Below, piece by piece: positions 18,335 to 29,836 of a stretch of 64,000 nucleotides of DNA (its first letter is position 1; each line of letters begins with the position of its first letter). Position numbers and translations under genes: made by a program. The stretch is from an uncultured SAR86 cluster bacterium. GTDB taxonomy: Bacteria > Pseudomonadota > Gammaproteobacteria > Magnimaribacterales > D2472. Location: positions 18,575 to 82,574 of the forward strand of contig CACCNJ010000004.1 of assembly GCA_902547295.1 (NCBI GenBank), given 5' to 3'. The notes beneath the pieces were generated by a model that worked only from the letters and a program-made list of their open reading frames with translations, was not told the origin of the DNA and searched no databases.

Positions 18335-19837
18335 ATGAGTGATAATAGGGATATCAATCTTCAGTCTACTAAAAGACAAAAAAGGATCTTACCTGAAGAT
18401 TCTTTTGGTGATTGGAAATGGAGAGAAGGTCTTGCAGAGCTTATGGTTCCAATTATTGGTTCTCTATATAGAAATGGCATTAATATACTAATTTACGGAA
18501 AATCCCTGGTAAATGAATCTCCAGTTGCAATAATGAAAGCACATCGCTTTGCTAGACAGTCTGATAATAACGAACTCAGTGAATTAGAAACTTATCCAAT
18601 ACTTAAATATATAGAAACTTTAGATTTATCTGACTGCGAAATTGATGTAGGTGAAATAGCAGTTAAATGTCCATTTTTTGAAGATATAAAAAATGACGAT
18701 TCTAACATAGGTGATTATATTGATGCTGAACTTGAATCTGTAATAAATAAGAAATCAAATAGGCCTTCTGAACCTGCAAACATAGTCTTGTATGGCTTTG
18801 GAAGGATTGGAAGACTTGTTGCAAGAATGATGACACAAACTACAGGACCAGGTAATTATTTTAAACTAAGAGCTATTGTCATTAGAAAAGCTACAGATGA
18901 CGATATATTTAAACGAGCAAGCTTGTTAACGAAAGATTCTGTTCATGGGCCTTTTGATGGAACAGTAAGAGTTGATGAAGAAAACTCAAGTTTAGTAATC
19001 AATGGAAATCCTGTTAAGGTTATTTACGCCTCAGGTCCTGATAAAGTTAAATATTCAGATCATGGCATTAATGATCCAGTTGTAATTGATAATACTGGTA
19101 TTTGGAGAGATGAAGAAGCATTATCTGTTCATATTAAATCAGGAGCCTTAAAGGTAATCTTAACTGCTCCTGCAAATGGAGATATCAAAAATATTGTTTA
19201 CGGAATAAATGATTCAATTCTTGAAGAAAATGATCATCTTATATCTGCTGCATCATGTACAACAAATGCGATTGTTCCTGTGCTTAAAACCATTAATGAT
19301 GAGTTTAAAATTAATGGAGGCCATATTGAAACTGTTCACGCATATACAAATGATCAAAATCTAATCGATAACTTTCATAAGAAAGACAGAAGAGGAAGAG
19401 GTGCTCCACTTAACATGGTTATAACTTCAACTGGAGCTGTAAATGCAGTAGCAAAAGCTTTACCAGAACTTAAAGGGAAACTTACTGGTAATGCTATTCG
19501 TGTGCCAACTCCTAATGTTAGTCTTGCAATATTATCGTTGGAATTAGATAAAAAAGTTAGTGTTGAAATAGTTAATGATTATCTTAGATCGATGGCTTTT
19601 CACTCTGAATATAGAGAAATAATTGGATTTGTTAACTCATCTGAGGTCGTTTCTACTGATTTTTATTCGTCACCATTTGCTACTGTAATTGACTCTCAGG
19701 CTACTATAACTAATGACAAAAGAGTAACTCTTTATTGTTGGTACGATAATGAATATGGCTATACTAAACAAGTTATAAACTTAGCAAAGAAAGTAGCTAA
19801 AATTAATCTACCTAGATTACCTAAACCAATTAGCTAA
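18335..19837 (+). CDS. gap: Glyceraldehyde-3-phosphate dehydrogenase, long form with N-terminal extension
   Basis: VLYGFGRIGR, ASCTTN, RVPTPNVS, WYDNEYGY. About 145-aa N-terminal extension typical of the long GAPDH class. Confidence 0.94.
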   Translation: MSDNRDINLQSTKRQKRILPEDSFGDWKWREGLAELMVPIIGSLYRNGINILIYGKSLVNESPVAIMKAHRFARQSDNNELSELETYPILKYIETLDLSDCEIDVGEIAVKCPFFEDIKNDDSNIGDYIDAELESVINKKSNRPSEPANIVLYGFGRIGRLVARMMTQTTGPGNYFKLRAIVIRKATDDDIFKRASLLTKDSVHGPFDGTVRVDEENSSLVINGNPVKVIYASGPDKVKYSDHGINDPVVIDNTGIWRDEEALSVHIKSGALKVILTAPANGDIKNIVYGINDSILEENDHLISAASCTTNAIVPVLKTINDEFKINGGHIETVHAYTNDQNLIDNFHKKDRRGRGAPLNMVITSTGAVNAVAKALPELKGKLTGNAIRVPTPNVSLAILSLELDKKVSVEIVNDYLRSMAFHSEYREIIGFVNSSEVVSTDFYSSPFATVIDSQATITNDKRVTLYCWYDNEYGYTKQVINLAKKVAKINLPRLPKPIS

Positions 19838-19883
19838 AAACATAGAATCCTAGGCGCTTTAGCCTTATAATTCTATTGTTTTT
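19836..19883 (+). terminator. Imperfect hairpin between gap and nqrA (possible terminator, overlapping a TATAAT at 19866)
   Basis: aaaaacatagaat...aggc/gcct...attctattgttttt inverted repeat ending in a T-run. Confidence 0.35.
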
Positions 19884-19921
19884 TATTGTTTCAAACGTAA
19901 CTTTATAAAGGCACACAAAAA

Positions 19922-21238
19922 GTGATAAAAATATCAAAAGGTCTTGATTTACCAATATCAGGCTCGCCCGTAAATACAATCTCTGACGAACCTAAAGTTT
20001 CGTCTGTAGCTTTATTGTCTAATGATTTTATTGGTATGAAACCAACCATGCTAGTGAAAGAAGGAGAAACTGTTAAAGCTGGTCAAAAAATTTTTGAAGA
20101 TAAAAAAAATAATGGAGTTTATTTTACTTCTCCAGCAGGTGGTATTGTTAAGGATATAAATAGAGGAGATAAAAGAAGATTTTTATCAATCGAAATAGAC
20201 ATAAAAGATACTGAAAAATTTGTTAATTTTGATATGGATGACTCAGTTGATCAAATTAAAGATTGTCTTATTGATTCTGGTTTATGGAATGCTTTTAGAA
20301 CTAGGCCCTTCAATAGGACACCTGGCATAAATGAAATTCCTGATGCTGTCTTTATTAACTGCTGTGATTCAAATCCTCTTTCTATAGATCCGTATGAAAT
20401 AATATTGCTTAACAAAAACGAGTTTGATGAAGGACTTAATGTTTTAACAGACTTCTTTAGATGTAATATTAATCTCTGTTATCAAAATGACAATTTTGAT
20501 ACATCTATTGAAAAGATAAACTACTATCAATTCAAAGGCCCACATCCTTCAGGACTATCAAGTACTCACATTTCTAAAATTTATCCAGTGAATTTAAATA
20601 GAAAAGTTTGGACAATCAATTATCAAGATATTATTTCAATTGGATACCTTAAGCAAAATAAAGAAATTAGAACTTCAAAATATATTTCTTTAGCTGGTCC
20701 TTTAGTTTATGAACCATCGCTGATAAAGGTAAGAATCGGAGGAAACATTGACGAAATAACTGCAGGTAAAATTGAACCGAATTCAAGGATTATATCTGGT
20801 TCTGTTCTTCATGGTCATCAATCTGAAGGAGTCATGAACTATCTTGGATATTACGATTCTCAAATATCTGTTATTGCAGATGAAGTTAATAATATTTTTA
20901 TGAATTGGCTTATGCCAGGTTCATCATTACATTCAAAATTAAATGTTTTTTTATCATCATTTATAAAACCGGAAAAATTTACTTTTAATACTTCTATTGG
21001 TGGCGGTAATAGGGCCATAGTTCCAATTTCATCATACGAAGAAGTAATTCCAATGGATATTTTAGTAACACAACTTTTGAAAGCACTAGTCGTCTCAGAT
21101 ATAGATATGGCTATAGATTTAGGTATGTTAGAGCTAGTGCCAGAAGATTTGGCATTATGTTCATATGTATGTCCTAGTAAATATGATTATTCATCGATAT
21201 TAATGGATAACCTCAACAAACTTTATTTAGAATCATGA
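19922..21238 (+). CDS. nqrA: Na+-translocating NADH:quinone reductase subunit A
   Basis: IKISKGLDLPISG, GMKPTMLVKEG, FRTRPF, GPHPSG, EDLALCSYVCPSKYDY. GTG start. Confidence 0.96.
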   Translation: MIKISKGLDLPISGSPVNTISDEPKVSSVALLSNDFIGMKPTMLVKEGETVKAGQKIFEDKKNNGVYFTSPAGGIVKDINRGDKRRFLSIEIDIKDTEKFVNFDMDDSVDQIKDCLIDSGLWNAFRTRPFNRTPGINEIPDAVFINCCDSNPLSIDPYEIILLNKNEFDEGLNVLTDFFRCNINLCYQNDNFDTSIEKINYYQFKGPHPSGLSSTHISKIYPVNLNRKVWTINYQDIISIGYLKQNKEIRTSKYISLAGPLVYEPSLIKVRIGGNIDEITAGKIEPNSRIISGSVLHGHQSEGVMNYLGYYDSQISVIADEVNNIFMNWLMPGSSLHSKLNVFLSSFIKPEKFTFNTSIGGGNRAIVPISSYEEVIPMDILVTQLLKALVVSDIDMAIDLGMLELVPEDLALCSYVCPSKYDYSSILMDNLNKLYLES

Positions 21239-22464
21239 AAATTTTAAGAAATTATCTTGATAATATAAAACCAAATTTTGTAAGTGATGGTAAGCACGTT
21301 AAGTGGTTCCCATTATTTGATGCTATTGAAAATTTATTTTTCTCTTATGGTAAAAAAACAAAAAATCCAATCCATGTAAGAGATGCTGTTGATATTCAAA
21401 AAGTAATGGTTACCGTATGGTTAGCAACATTTCCAGCTATGTTTTTTGGTATGTATAATCTTGGTGCGAACTCTCTTGAATATTTAGAATCAATCAATCA
21501 ACAAAATACTGGAGATTGGCATCATTATTTTGTCAGTATAGTTGGATATGATTCAAGTAGTTTTCTAAGCAAGCTTTGGTTTGGTGCGTGTTATTTTCTG
21601 CCAATATACTTTGTTGTTTTTACAGTTGGGATTGCTTGGGAGGCTTTATTTGCAATTGTTAGAAAACATGAAATAAATGAAGGAGCTTTTGTTTCTACAG
21701 TTCTTTTTGCTCTCAGTTGTCCACCTGATATTCCTCTTTGGCAAGCTGCTATGGGTATTTCATTTGGACTTGTTATAGGAAAAGAAATATTTGGTGGAAC
21801 TGGTAAAAATTTCTTAAATCCTGCACTTACTGGCCGAGCATTTTTATACTTTGCTTATCCTGCACAGATATCTGGGGATAAGGTATGGGTTGCAGGCATT
21901 TCCGACTACAACATAATTCCTGAGGGTTATAGTGGAGCAACAGCCTTGGGAGTAGCTGCTGAAAGTGGTATGGCTGGAATAACTAACTCCTATACATGGA
22001 TGGATGCATTTCTTGGGAACATTCCTGGTTCAGTAGGTGAAACATCCATTATTGCTATATTGATCGGATTAGCAGTTTTATTAATTACTAAAGTTGCATC
22101 TTATAGAATTGTATTAGGAACTTTTGTTGGAATGATATTAATGTCATCTCTATTAAATATAGTTGGTTCTGATTCAAATCCAATGTTTGCTATTCCTTGG
22201 TATTGGCATGCTGTTATTGGAAGTTTTGCTTTTGGTTTGGTATTTATGGCAACAGAGCCAGTTTCAGGTTCAGGAACTAATACTGGAAGATGGATATATG
22301 GAATTGTAATTGGAGTTACAGTGATTTTAATTCGTGTTATTAATCCAGCGTTCCCTGAAGGCATGATGTTAGCAATTTTATTTGCAAATTTATTAGCACC
22401 TGTTATTGACCATATGGTTGTTATGTCTAATATAAAAAGAAGAAAGGCTTTATATAATGAATGA
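21235..22464 (+). CDS. nqrB: Na+-NQR subunit B
   Basis: HVRDAVD, KEIFGGTGKNFLNPAL, SGAT FMN attachment site, GSVGETS. Confidence 0.97.
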   Translation: MKILRNYLDNIKPNFVSDGKHVKWFPLFDAIENLFFSYGKKTKNPIHVRDAVDIQKVMVTVWLATFPAMFFGMYNLGANSLEYLESINQQNTGDWHHYFVSIVGYDSSSFLSKLWFGACYFLPIYFVVFTVGIAWEALFAIVRKHEINEGAFVSTVLFALSCPPDIPLWQAAMGISFGLVIGKEIFGGTGKNFLNPALTGRAFLYFAYPAQISGDKVWVAGISDYNIIPEGYSGATALGVAAESGMAGITNSYTWMDAFLGNIPGSVGETSIIAILIGLAVLLITKVASYRIVLGTFVGMILMSSLLNIVGSDSNPMFAIPWYWHAVIGSFAFGLVFMATEPVSGSGTNTGRWIYGIVIGVTVILIRVINPAFPEGMMLAILFANLLAPVIDHMVVMSNIKRRKALYNE

Positions 22465-23230
22465 ATCAATAGTTAAAACAATTGGAGTTGCATTTGCAGT
22501 TTGTTTAATTTGCTCATTGGTTGTTTCTGCATCAGCAGTAAGTCTTAGGGATCTTCAAAAAGAGAATAAGCTCAATGATAAAAGAATAAAAATACTTCAA
22601 GTCGCAGATATATATGATCCTAACATTTCTATTGCTGAACAATTTTCTGAATTAGAGTCTAAGTTTATTGATTTTAATACTGGATTAATGATGGACGAAT
22701 ACAATAATTTTAGTATAGATGACTATGATCAAATCGTTGTTACAAAAGACCCTAATTTATCATCCAAAGTTCCAACTTCAGAAGATATTGCAATTATAAA
22801 AAATAGAGAAAATGTTGGAAAAATTTATATATTGAGAGATGAGATAGGTACTATTGAGAAATTAGTACTTCCCATAAGAGGTTACGGACTCTGGGGAACT
22901 TTATATGGTTATATTTCAATTGAAGATGATTTTAATACTGTTTCTGGAATAGAATTTTATGATCATAAAGAAACACCCGGTTTAGGTGCAGAAGTTGATA
23001 ATCCAAAATGGAAAGCTCAATGGAAAGGAAAAAAAATATATAAAGACAATAAAGTTAATTTAGTAGTAATTAAAGGAAAGGTTGAAGCAGATGATTCTGA
23101 ATCAACATACAAAATTGATGGTTTATCTGGTGCTACTATTACAAGCAGGGGAGTTACAAACATGGTAGCTTATTGGTTTGGTGAGTCAGGATATTCGTCA
23201 TTATTAAGAGAACTAGACTATGAATCTTAA
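22457..23230 (+). CDS. nqrC: Na+-NQR subunit C
   Basis: [28 protein letters not shown] flavinylation motif. Confidence 0.97.
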   Translation: MNESIVKTIGVAFAVCLICSLVVSASAVSLRDLQKENKLNDKRIKILQVADIYDPNISIAEQFSELESKFIDFNTGLMMDEYNNFSIDDYDQIVVTKDPNLSSKVPTSEDIAIIKNRENVGKIYILRDEIGTIEKLVLPIRGYGLWGTLYGYISIEDDFNTVSGIEFYDHKETPGLGAEVDNPKWKAQWKGKKIYKDNKVNLVVIKGKVEADDSESTYKIDGLSGATITSRGVTNMVAYWFGESGYSSLLRELDYES

Positions 23231-23906
23231 AAAGTATCAAGATGTAATTGTTAAACCTCTTATAGATGAGAATCCTATTACATTACAAATTCTTGGTATT
23301 TGTTCTGCATTAGCAGTTACGAATAATCTGTCAGTTACAATGGTAATGTGTGTAGCTGTAATAAGTGTAATTTCCTTTTCAAACCTATTTATATCATTAA
23401 TCAGGAACTATATTCCTTCGAGTATTAGAATTATTGTTCAAATGACAATAATCGCATCACTTGTAATTGTTGTGGATGAATTATTAAAAGCATACGATTA
23501 TGAAACTAGTAAAAAGCTGTCTGTTTTTGTTGGATTAATAATAACGAATTGTATTGTAATGGGTCGTGCTGAAGCTTTTGCAATGAAAGAAAAACCATTA
23601 TTAAGCTTTTTAGATGGTCTTGGAAATGGTCTTGGATATAGTCTAATTTTGATTGCAGTAGCAACAATAAGAGAGCTATTTGGAGCTGGGACTTTATTTG
23701 GTTATGAAATTCTTCCACTCATATCTAATGGTGGCTGGTATATGGGTAATAATTTATTACTCTTACCCCCAAGCTCATTTATTATTATAGGTTTATTTAT
23801 TTGGTTAATAAGATCACTAAAATCTGATCAGATTGAAGAGGATGATTTCTTTGTCTCTAAACACTCAACCAGTCCTGATTTATCAAAAAGAGAAATAAAT
23901 GTTTGA
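23220..23906 (+). CDS. nqrD: Na+-NQR subunit D
   Basis: [35 protein letters not shown]. Confidence 0.97.
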   Translation: MNLKKYQDVIVKPLIDENPITLQILGICSALAVTNNLSVTMVMCVAVISVISFSNLFISLIRNYIPSSIRIIVQMTIIASLVIVVDELLKAYDYETSKKLSVFVGLIITNCIVMGRAEAFAMKEKPLLSFLDGLGNGLGYSLILIAVATIRELFGAGTLFGYEILPLISNGGWYMGNNLLLLPPSSFIIIGLFIWLIRSLKSDQIEEDDFFVSKHSTSPDLSKREINV

Positions 23907-24510
23907 ACATTATTTAAATATTTTTATAACAACAGTATTTATTGAAAATATTGCATTGTCTCTTTTTCTTGGAATGTGCACATTTATAGCTATATCTAAA
24001 AAAATTGATGCTGCTTTTGGACTTGGAATTGCTGTAATTGTTGTTTGTTTGATCACGGTGCCTTTAAATAACTTAATTTATAACTATATATTAAGAGAAG
24101 ACGCATTAACTTGGATTGGTATTGAAGGCACAAATCTAGAATTTGTTGAATTGATTAGTTACATAGGTGTCATTGCAGCAAGTGTTCAAATATTAGAAAT
24201 GTTCTTAGATAAATATGTACCTGCTTTATACAACGCTCTTGGTCAATTTTTACCACTAATTACAGTCAATTGTGCAATTTTAGGTGCTTCTTTATTTATG
24301 GTCGAAAAAGATTTAATGTTTGTAGAAAGTATTGTTTATGGATTTGGGGCAGGTTTTGGATGGGCTTTGGCAATTGTAGTTTTAGCTGGTATTCGAGAAA
24401 AACTTAAATATTCTGATATACCAGATGGATTAAAAGGTCTTGGCACAACATTTATTATTGTAGGACTAATGAGTTTTGGTTTTATGTCATTTGGAGGTAT
24501 TTCACTTTAA
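23899..24510 (+). CDS. nqrE: Na+-NQR subunit E
   Basis: [40 protein letters not shown]. Confidence 0.97.
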   Translation: MFEHYLNIFITTVFIENIALSLFLGMCTFIAISKKIDAAFGLGIAVIVVCLITVPLNNLIYNYILREDALTWIGIEGTNLEFVELISYIGVIAASVQILEMFLDKYVPALYNALGQFLPLITVNCAILGASLFMVEKDLMFVESIVYGFGAGFGWALAIVVLAGIREKLKYSDIPDGLKGLGTTFIIVGLMSFGFMSFGGISL

Positions 24511-24511
24511 T

Positions 24512-25738
24512 ATGAGTATAGATTTAATTTTAGGTGTTACCGCTTTTAGTGGAATTATTCTTCTACTTGTTCTTGTAATAATATTTGCAAGATCAAAGCT
24601 TGTATCAACAGGGAATGTTTCTATTGAAATTAATGGTGATGCTTCCAATCCAATAGTTGTACCAGCTGGAGCCAAGCTATTGCAAACATTAGCTGACAAT
24701 AACATATTTCTTGCTTCTGCTTGCGGTGGCGGTGGGACCTGTAGTCAATGTAAATGTCAGGTATTCGAAGGCGGAGGTTCTATACTAGCTGCAGAAGAGT
24801 CACATTTTAATTCAACACAACAAAAAGATGGTTGGAGATTGTCATGCCAGGTACCAGTAAAGAATGATTTAAAAATTGCAGTTCCTGAGGATGTTTTTGG
24901 TGTTAAAGAATGGGAATGCGAAGTTATATCTAATGAAAATGTTGCGACATTTATTAAAGAGCTGATTCTTAAATTACCAGAAGGTGAAAATGTAGATTTT
25001 AGAGCTGGTGGTTACGTTCAACTTGAAGCTCCTGCTTATGATCTTGATTATAAAGAATTTGATATTGAAAAAGAATATCACGAAGATTGGGATAGATTTA
25101 AAATCTGGGACAACAAATCATCTACTAATGAACCAGTTATTAGAGCATACTCTATGGCAAATTATCCTGAAGAAAAGGGTATTATCAAATTTAATATAAG
25201 AATTGCATCACCACCTCCAGGACAAGACGTTCCACCAGGATTAATGTCGTCTTGGACTTTTGGTCTTAAGCCAGGTGATAAAGTTAAAGTGTTTGGACCA
25301 TTTGGAGAGTTTTTTGCTAAAGAAACAGATGCAGAAATGGTTTTTGTAGGAGGCGGCGCTGGTATGGCACCAATGAGATCTCATATATTCGACCAATTAC
25401 TAAGAATAAACACTAATAGGAAAATAACTTTTTGGTATGGAGCTAGAAGTCTTAAAGAAATGTTTTATGTAAATGAATTTGACGAATTAGCGAAGAAATA
25501 TGATAACTTTGAATGGCATGTTGCATTATCTGATCCATTGCCTGAAGATGACTGGGACGGTGAAACGGGCTTCATACATAATGTTTTGTATGAAAATTAT
25601 CTTAAAACCCATGATGCACCAGAAGATTGTGAATATTATATGTGTGGTCCTCCAATGATGAACAAAGCTGTAATTGATATGTTAATTAATTTAGGTGTAG
25701 AGCCTGAAAACATTGCTTTAGACGACTTTGGTGGTTAA
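24512..25738 (+). CDS. nqrF: Na+-NQR subunit F
   Basis: 2Fe-2S motif [12 protein letters not shown]...[35 protein letters not shown]. Start placed at the ATG at 24512. Confidence 0.97.
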   Translation: MSIDLILGVTAFSGIILLLVLVIIFARSKLVSTGNVSIEINGDASNPIVVPAGAKLLQTLADNNIFLASACGGGGTCSQCKCQVFEGGGSILAAEESHFNSTQQKDGWRLSCQVPVKNDLKIAVPEDVFGVKEWECEVISNENVATFIKELILKLPEGENVDFRAGGYVQLEAPAYDLDYKEFDIEKEYHEDWDRFKIWDNKSSTNEPVIRAYSMANYPEEKGIIKFNIRIASPPPGQDVPPGLMSSWTFGLKPGDKVKVFGPFGEFFAKETDAEMVFVGGGAGMAPMRSHIFDQLLRINTNRKITFWYGARSLKEMFYVNEFDELAKKYDNFEWHVALSDPLPEDDWDGETGFIHNVLYENYLKTHDAPEDCEYYMCGPPMMNKAVIDMLINLGVEPENIALDDFGG

Positions 25739-25752
25739 TAAATCTTAATAAA

Positions 25753-26745
25753 GTGTCTAGATATTTTTTTTCTAAAGTAATAGCTCTTTTTGCTGGAATT
25801 ATTCTATTACTCATTGCATATAATCATAATGTTAATTCTTTATATGTAATATCAGGCAACGCATATGGAACTACTTGGTCTGTTTCCTCGCCTCAATATA
25901 TTGCAGATAATCATAAAGAAGCTATTAAAAATATTATTAATGATATCGATTATGTAGCTTCAAACTACAAATCAGAATCTGAAATTTCTAAAATTAATAT
26001 GAACTTTAAAGAATTTCAATTTGTTTCAGATGAATTATTCGATATTTTAAAAATTGCTAAAAGTGTAGAAGCTAATTCGGAGGGATATTACAACATAATG
26101 TTGGGCAAAATTTCTAGCAGCTTAGGATTTGCACCAGATTTTGGAAAAAATCTACTCCAAAAAAAATTGTCTACATATGAATTAGATGAAACAAATAGAT
26201 CACTAATTAGATACTCTGAGAATTGGTTTGACTTGTCATCGATTGCTAAAGGATATGCGGTACAAAAGATACATGAATATCTGTCATTATCCAGCCTCAA
26301 TAATCATCTTATTGATATAGGAGGGGAAATAATAATAAGTGGAAGTAAAAATGGTAGGCCATGGAATGTTGGTATACAAAATCCTTTATCAAATATAGAT
26401 AGTTCAACCACAACTATAAATAATGAAAACAATGATTTTCTTGCTATTGCAACTTCAGGAGAATATAGAAATTTTAAATTAGACAATGATGGAAATAAAA
26501 TTACTCACACCATCAATCCACTTACTCTCTCATCTATTGATAATGATATTTTGTCGGTAACTGTAATAAATGAATACTCTGCAACATATTCAGATGCTTA
26601 TGCAACTGCTTTTAATGCAATGGGAATGAACAAAGCAATTGAAATAGCTAATAAAAATGAAATCGCTGCCATGATTATTTATAGAAATGATAATGATGTT
26701 ATAGATATTGTTTTTTCAGATAAATGGTATGATTTGTTTATATGA
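25753..26745 (+). CDS. apbE: FAD:protein FMN transferase ApbE
   Basis: GTTW, DLSSIAKGY, DIGGE, ATSGEYR, HTINP, DAYATA. Follows nqrF. Confidence 0.93.
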   Translation: MSRYFFSKVIALFAGIILLLIAYNHNVNSLYVISGNAYGTTWSVSSPQYIADNHKEAIKNIINDIDYVASNYKSESEISKINMNFKEFQFVSDELFDILKIAKSVEANSEGYYNIMLGKISSSLGFAPDFGKNLLQKKLSTYELDETNRSLIRYSENWFDLSSIAKGYAVQKIHEYLSLSSLNNHLIDIGGEIIISGSKNGRPWNVGIQNPLSNIDSSTTTINNENNDFLAIATSGEYRNFKLDNDGNKITHTINPLTLSSIDNDILSVTVINEYSATYSDAYATAFNAMGMNKAIEIANKNEIAAMIIYRNDNDVIDIVFSDKWYDLFI

Positions 26746-26918
26746 ATGAGTTAATACTGTCATTTTTAATAATAGCTTTTGCATTTACAGGCTTAGCAGT
26801 TGGCCTTATTTTTAAAAATCAACCAATCAAAGGTTCATGTGGAGGAATGGCTAATCTTAAGGATGGCTCCACTTGCGAAATATGTGGAAGATCAGATCCA
26901 GAAAATTGTAGAGATTAG
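26742..26918 (+). CDS. nqrM: Na+-NQR maturation factor NqrM (58 aa, not in ORF track)
   Basis: MNELILSFLIIAFAFTGLAVGLIFKNQPIKGSCGGMANLKDGSTCEICGRSDPENCRD*: TM helix, IKGSCGG and four Cys. Confidence 0.92.
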   Translation: MNELILSFLIIAFAFTGLAVGLIFKNQPIKGSCGGMANLKDGSTCEICGRSDPENCRD

Positions 26919-26930
26919 ATCATAATATTT

Positions 26931-28142
26931 ATGGTTAATGGTCATTGCGACGAAAAATTCTCTGAACTTAAAAATATCTTAGAACAACAACTAAATTCTG
27001 ATTTTGAATTAGGTGCTTCCGTTGCTGTTGAATGGAAAGGCAAAGAGGTTGTTAATCTTTACGGTGGCTACAAAGATGAAAATAAAAATTCAAAATGGAA
27101 TGAAAATACTATTGTTAATGTATTTTCAGTAACGAAAGCTATTTCAGGAATTTGTATTACAAGATTAATTGATGCAGGTTTATTAGATGTAAATAAAAAT
27201 GTTGGCCATTACTGGCCTGAATATGCTTGTAATGGTAAAGAAAATACAAAAGTTATTGATTTTCTTACCCATAGAGCAGGTATGTTTGGATTTGAAAATG
27301 ATATTCCACAAGCTAGCTGGAATGATTGGGATGTTTATGTAAAAGCTTTAGAAAAGCAAAAACCATTTGTAACTCCAGGATCATCTCAAGGATACCACGC
27401 AGTTACATTTGCATGGTTAGTAGGCGAATTATTCAAGAGAGTTGAGGGTAGAACTATTGGAAGATACTTTAAAGAAGAAATAGCTGAACCTTTAGATATT
27501 GATTTTCATATTGGTTTAAATGAAGATCAAATTAATAGATGTGCATCGATTACATCATTTGATAGATTAGACTCAATTAAACCTCCCATCGATTTTATAA
27601 AATTTATACCTAATTTTGTTCTTAATGATGAATTGATTAATCTGAAAAAATCTCTTAAATCAAAACATTTCTTAAAAGCATTTATGCCAGAACCTTTTCA
27701 AGAGAATGATGTAAATTCAATTGACTTCAGGTCGGCTGAACTACCAGCTGGTAATGGTCATGGAACAGCAGCTGGTCTTGCAAAACTATTTGGTATTCTT
27801 GCATCAGGATGTAATAGAGATAATATTAAAATAATGGATGATAAAACCTTAGATCAAGCAACAAGAGTATATTCAAGTGGTCCTGATTCTGTTCTATTTG
27901 GAGTAAAACTTAAATTTGGATATTGCTTTATGTTAGATGGTAACAAGAAGTCCAATATAAATTTTGCTCCAATATTTTATCAAGGTGCTTTTGGACATGC
28001 TGGAATAGGGGGTTCAGTTGCTTTTGGAGACAAAAAAAATCAGTTAGGATACAGTTTTGTATGCAATAAACAGCAAAAATCTTCTAGTCTTTATAAGACA
28101 TCTAATATGCTTACAAAAGCACTATATGATGCAATTAGTTAA
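26931..28142 (+). CDS. Serine hydrolase, beta-lactamase/EstB (family VIII esterase) type
   Basis: FSVTK (SxxK), LTHRAG, GYHA, AELPAGNG, FGHAGIGGS. Confidence 0.88.
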   Translation: MVNGHCDEKFSELKNILEQQLNSDFELGASVAVEWKGKEVVNLYGGYKDENKNSKWNENTIVNVFSVTKAISGICITRLIDAGLLDVNKNVGHYWPEYACNGKENTKVIDFLTHRAGMFGFENDIPQASWNDWDVYVKALEKQKPFVTPGSSQGYHAVTFAWLVGELFKRVEGRTIGRYFKEEIAEPLDIDFHIGLNEDQINRCASITSFDRLDSIKPPIDFIKFIPNFVLNDELINLKKSLKSKHFLKAFMPEPFQENDVNSIDFRSAELPAGNGHGTAAGLAKLFGILASGCNRDNIKIMDDKTLDQATRVYSSGPDSVLFGVKLKFGYCFMLDGNKKSNINFAPIFYQGAFGHAGIGGSVAFGDKKNQLGYSFVCNKQQKSSSLYKTSNMLTKALYDAIS

Positions 28143-29719
28143 AATTGATTCATAGTATTATCTTTACCAGCAGCCTTTAAAGCAGCCTCGCCAGCAAAGT
28201 ATTCTTTATGGTCATCACCCATATCAGAACCAGACATATTTTGATGTTTTACACATGCAATACCTTGACGAATTTCTTTTCTTTGGACATTCGCAACATA
28301 TCCAAGCATTCCTTCAGATCCAAAATATTCTTTTGCTAAGTTGTCAGTAGAAAGAGCTGCAGTATGATATGTAGGCAATGTTATTAAATGGTGAAATATT
28401 CCAGCCTCTTTAGAAGCATCAGCTTGGAAAGTTCTAATTTTATCATCAGCCAGTTTTGCTATCTCAGTTTCATCATATTTCTCATTCATTAAGTCTTCTC
28501 TATCATATTGTGAGACATCGTCACCAGATTCACTCATTTCATCAAACACTTGTTGTCTGAAATTTAATGTCCAATTAAAGGACGGACTATTGTTATATAC
28601 TAATTTAGCATTAGGTATAACTTTTTTAATTTCATTCATCATCGCAGCAATCTGACCAATATGAGGTTTTTCAGTTTCAATCCAAATTAAATCAGCGCCA
28701 TTTTGTAGACTTGTAATAGAATCAAGAATACATCTAGCTTCACCAGTTCCTTTTCTAAATTGATATAAATTTGAAGGTAATCTTTTTGGACGAACAATTT
28801 TTCCATTTTGACTAATCATTACATCACCATGATTCATATTTTTATCATTTATTTCTTCGACATCTAAGAATGAATTATATTGATCACCTAAATCACCTTC
28901 TTCATTTGTAATTGCTATTTGTTTTGTTAAACCAGCACCTAAAGAGTCTGTTCTAGCAACAATAATTCCATCATCGACTCCTAGTTCTAAGAACGCATAT
29001 CGAACAGCATTTATTTTTGCTAAAAAGTCTGCATGGGGCACAGTTACCTTACCATCCTGATGCCCACATTGTTTCTCATCAGATACTTGGTTTTCTATTT
29101 GAATTGCACATGCGCCAGCTTCAATCATCTGTTTTGCCATCAAATATGTTGCTTCTTCATTTCCAAAACCAGCATCAATATCGGCAATTATTGGAACAAT
29201 ATGTGTTTCAAAATTATCTATCTTTTCTTGAATGGCAGGTTTATCTTTATCAGATGCACTATCTAATTCTCTAAATAAACCTCCTAATTCTCTGGCATCA
29301 GCCTGTTTTAAAAATGTATATAGTTCATTTATAAGACTTGCTACTGAGGTTTTTTCATGCATTGATTGATCAGGTAACGGTCCAAATTGAGATCTAAGAG
29401 CAGCAATCATCCAACCAGATAAATATAAATATTTTTTATTATTTGTACCAAAGTGTTTTTTTATAGAAATTAATTTTTGTTGCCCTATAAAACCATGCCA
29501 ACAACCAAGTGATTGAGTATAGGCAGCAGGGTCCTTATCATATTCATCCATATCTTTACGCATTATTGATGCAGTATATTTAGCAATATCAATACCAGTT
29601 TTAAATTGGTTTTGGAGTCTCATTCGAGCAACATAATTAGGATTTATTGCATCCCAATTAGATGTATCGATATCAGATATAGACGAAGCTTCTTCCAATG
29701 AATTATTGTATTTTGACAT
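28139..29719 (-). CDS. aceA: Isocitrate lyase (long, QCGHQDGK type)
   Basis: QSLGCWHG, YLSGWMIAALRS, PIIADIDAGFG, IENQVSDEKQCGHQDGK, YNNSPSFNW, HLITLPTYH. Confidence 0.95.
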   Translation of the reverse strand: MSKYNNSLEEASSISDIDTSNWDAINPNYVARMRLQNQFKTGIDIAKYTASIMRKDMDEYDKDPAAYTQSLGCWHGFIGQQKLISIKKHFGTNNKKYLYLSGWMIAALRSQFGPLPDQSMHEKTSVASLINELYTFLKQADARELGGLFRELDSASDKDKPAIQEKIDNFETHIVPIIADIDAGFGNEEATYLMAKQMIEAGACAIQIENQVSDEKQCGHQDGKVTVPHADFLAKINAVRYAFLELGVDDGIIVARTDSLGAGLTKQIAITNEEGDLGDQYNSFLDVEEINDKNMNHGDVMISQNGKIVRPKRLPSNLYQFRKGTGEARCILDSITSLQNGADLIWIETEKPHIGQIAAMMNEIKKVIPNAKLVYNNSPSFNWTLNFRQQVFDEMSESGDDVSQYDREDLMNEKYDETEIAKLADDKIRTFQADASKEAGIFHHLITLPTYHTAALSTDNLAKEYFGSEGMLGYVANVQRKEIRQGIACVKHQNMSGSDMGDDHKEYFAGEAALKAAGKDNTMNQF

Positions 29720-29743
29720 TTAATTTCCCCTGTTTTGTAGTGA

Positions 29744-29772
29744 AGTAGATAATATAATGTATATTGTGTCAA
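29744..29772 (-). promoter_or_regulatory. Putative aceA promoter
   Basis: TTGACA (minus strand, 29772-29767), 17 bp, then TCTACT. The -35 sits inside the palindrome TATATTG-tgt-CAATATA. Confidence 0.4.
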
Positions 29773-29836
29773 TATATTTAAAAAATCCTTTAATTATCGG
29801 ATTATTTGAGTAGTTCTACTACAAATAACTACTAAT

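Noticed and set aside
18335-18770. Long N-terminal extension on GAPDH as a novel fusion
   Set aside because: This matches the known ~480-500 aa GAPDH class found near mfd/nqr in other gammaproteobacteria.
26931-28142. Beta-lactamase-family and MBL-fold (57642-58586) proteins as antibiotic-resistance genes
   Set aside because: The motifs fit a family VIII esterase and a non-lactamase MBL-fold hydrolase. There is no resistance or mobility context.
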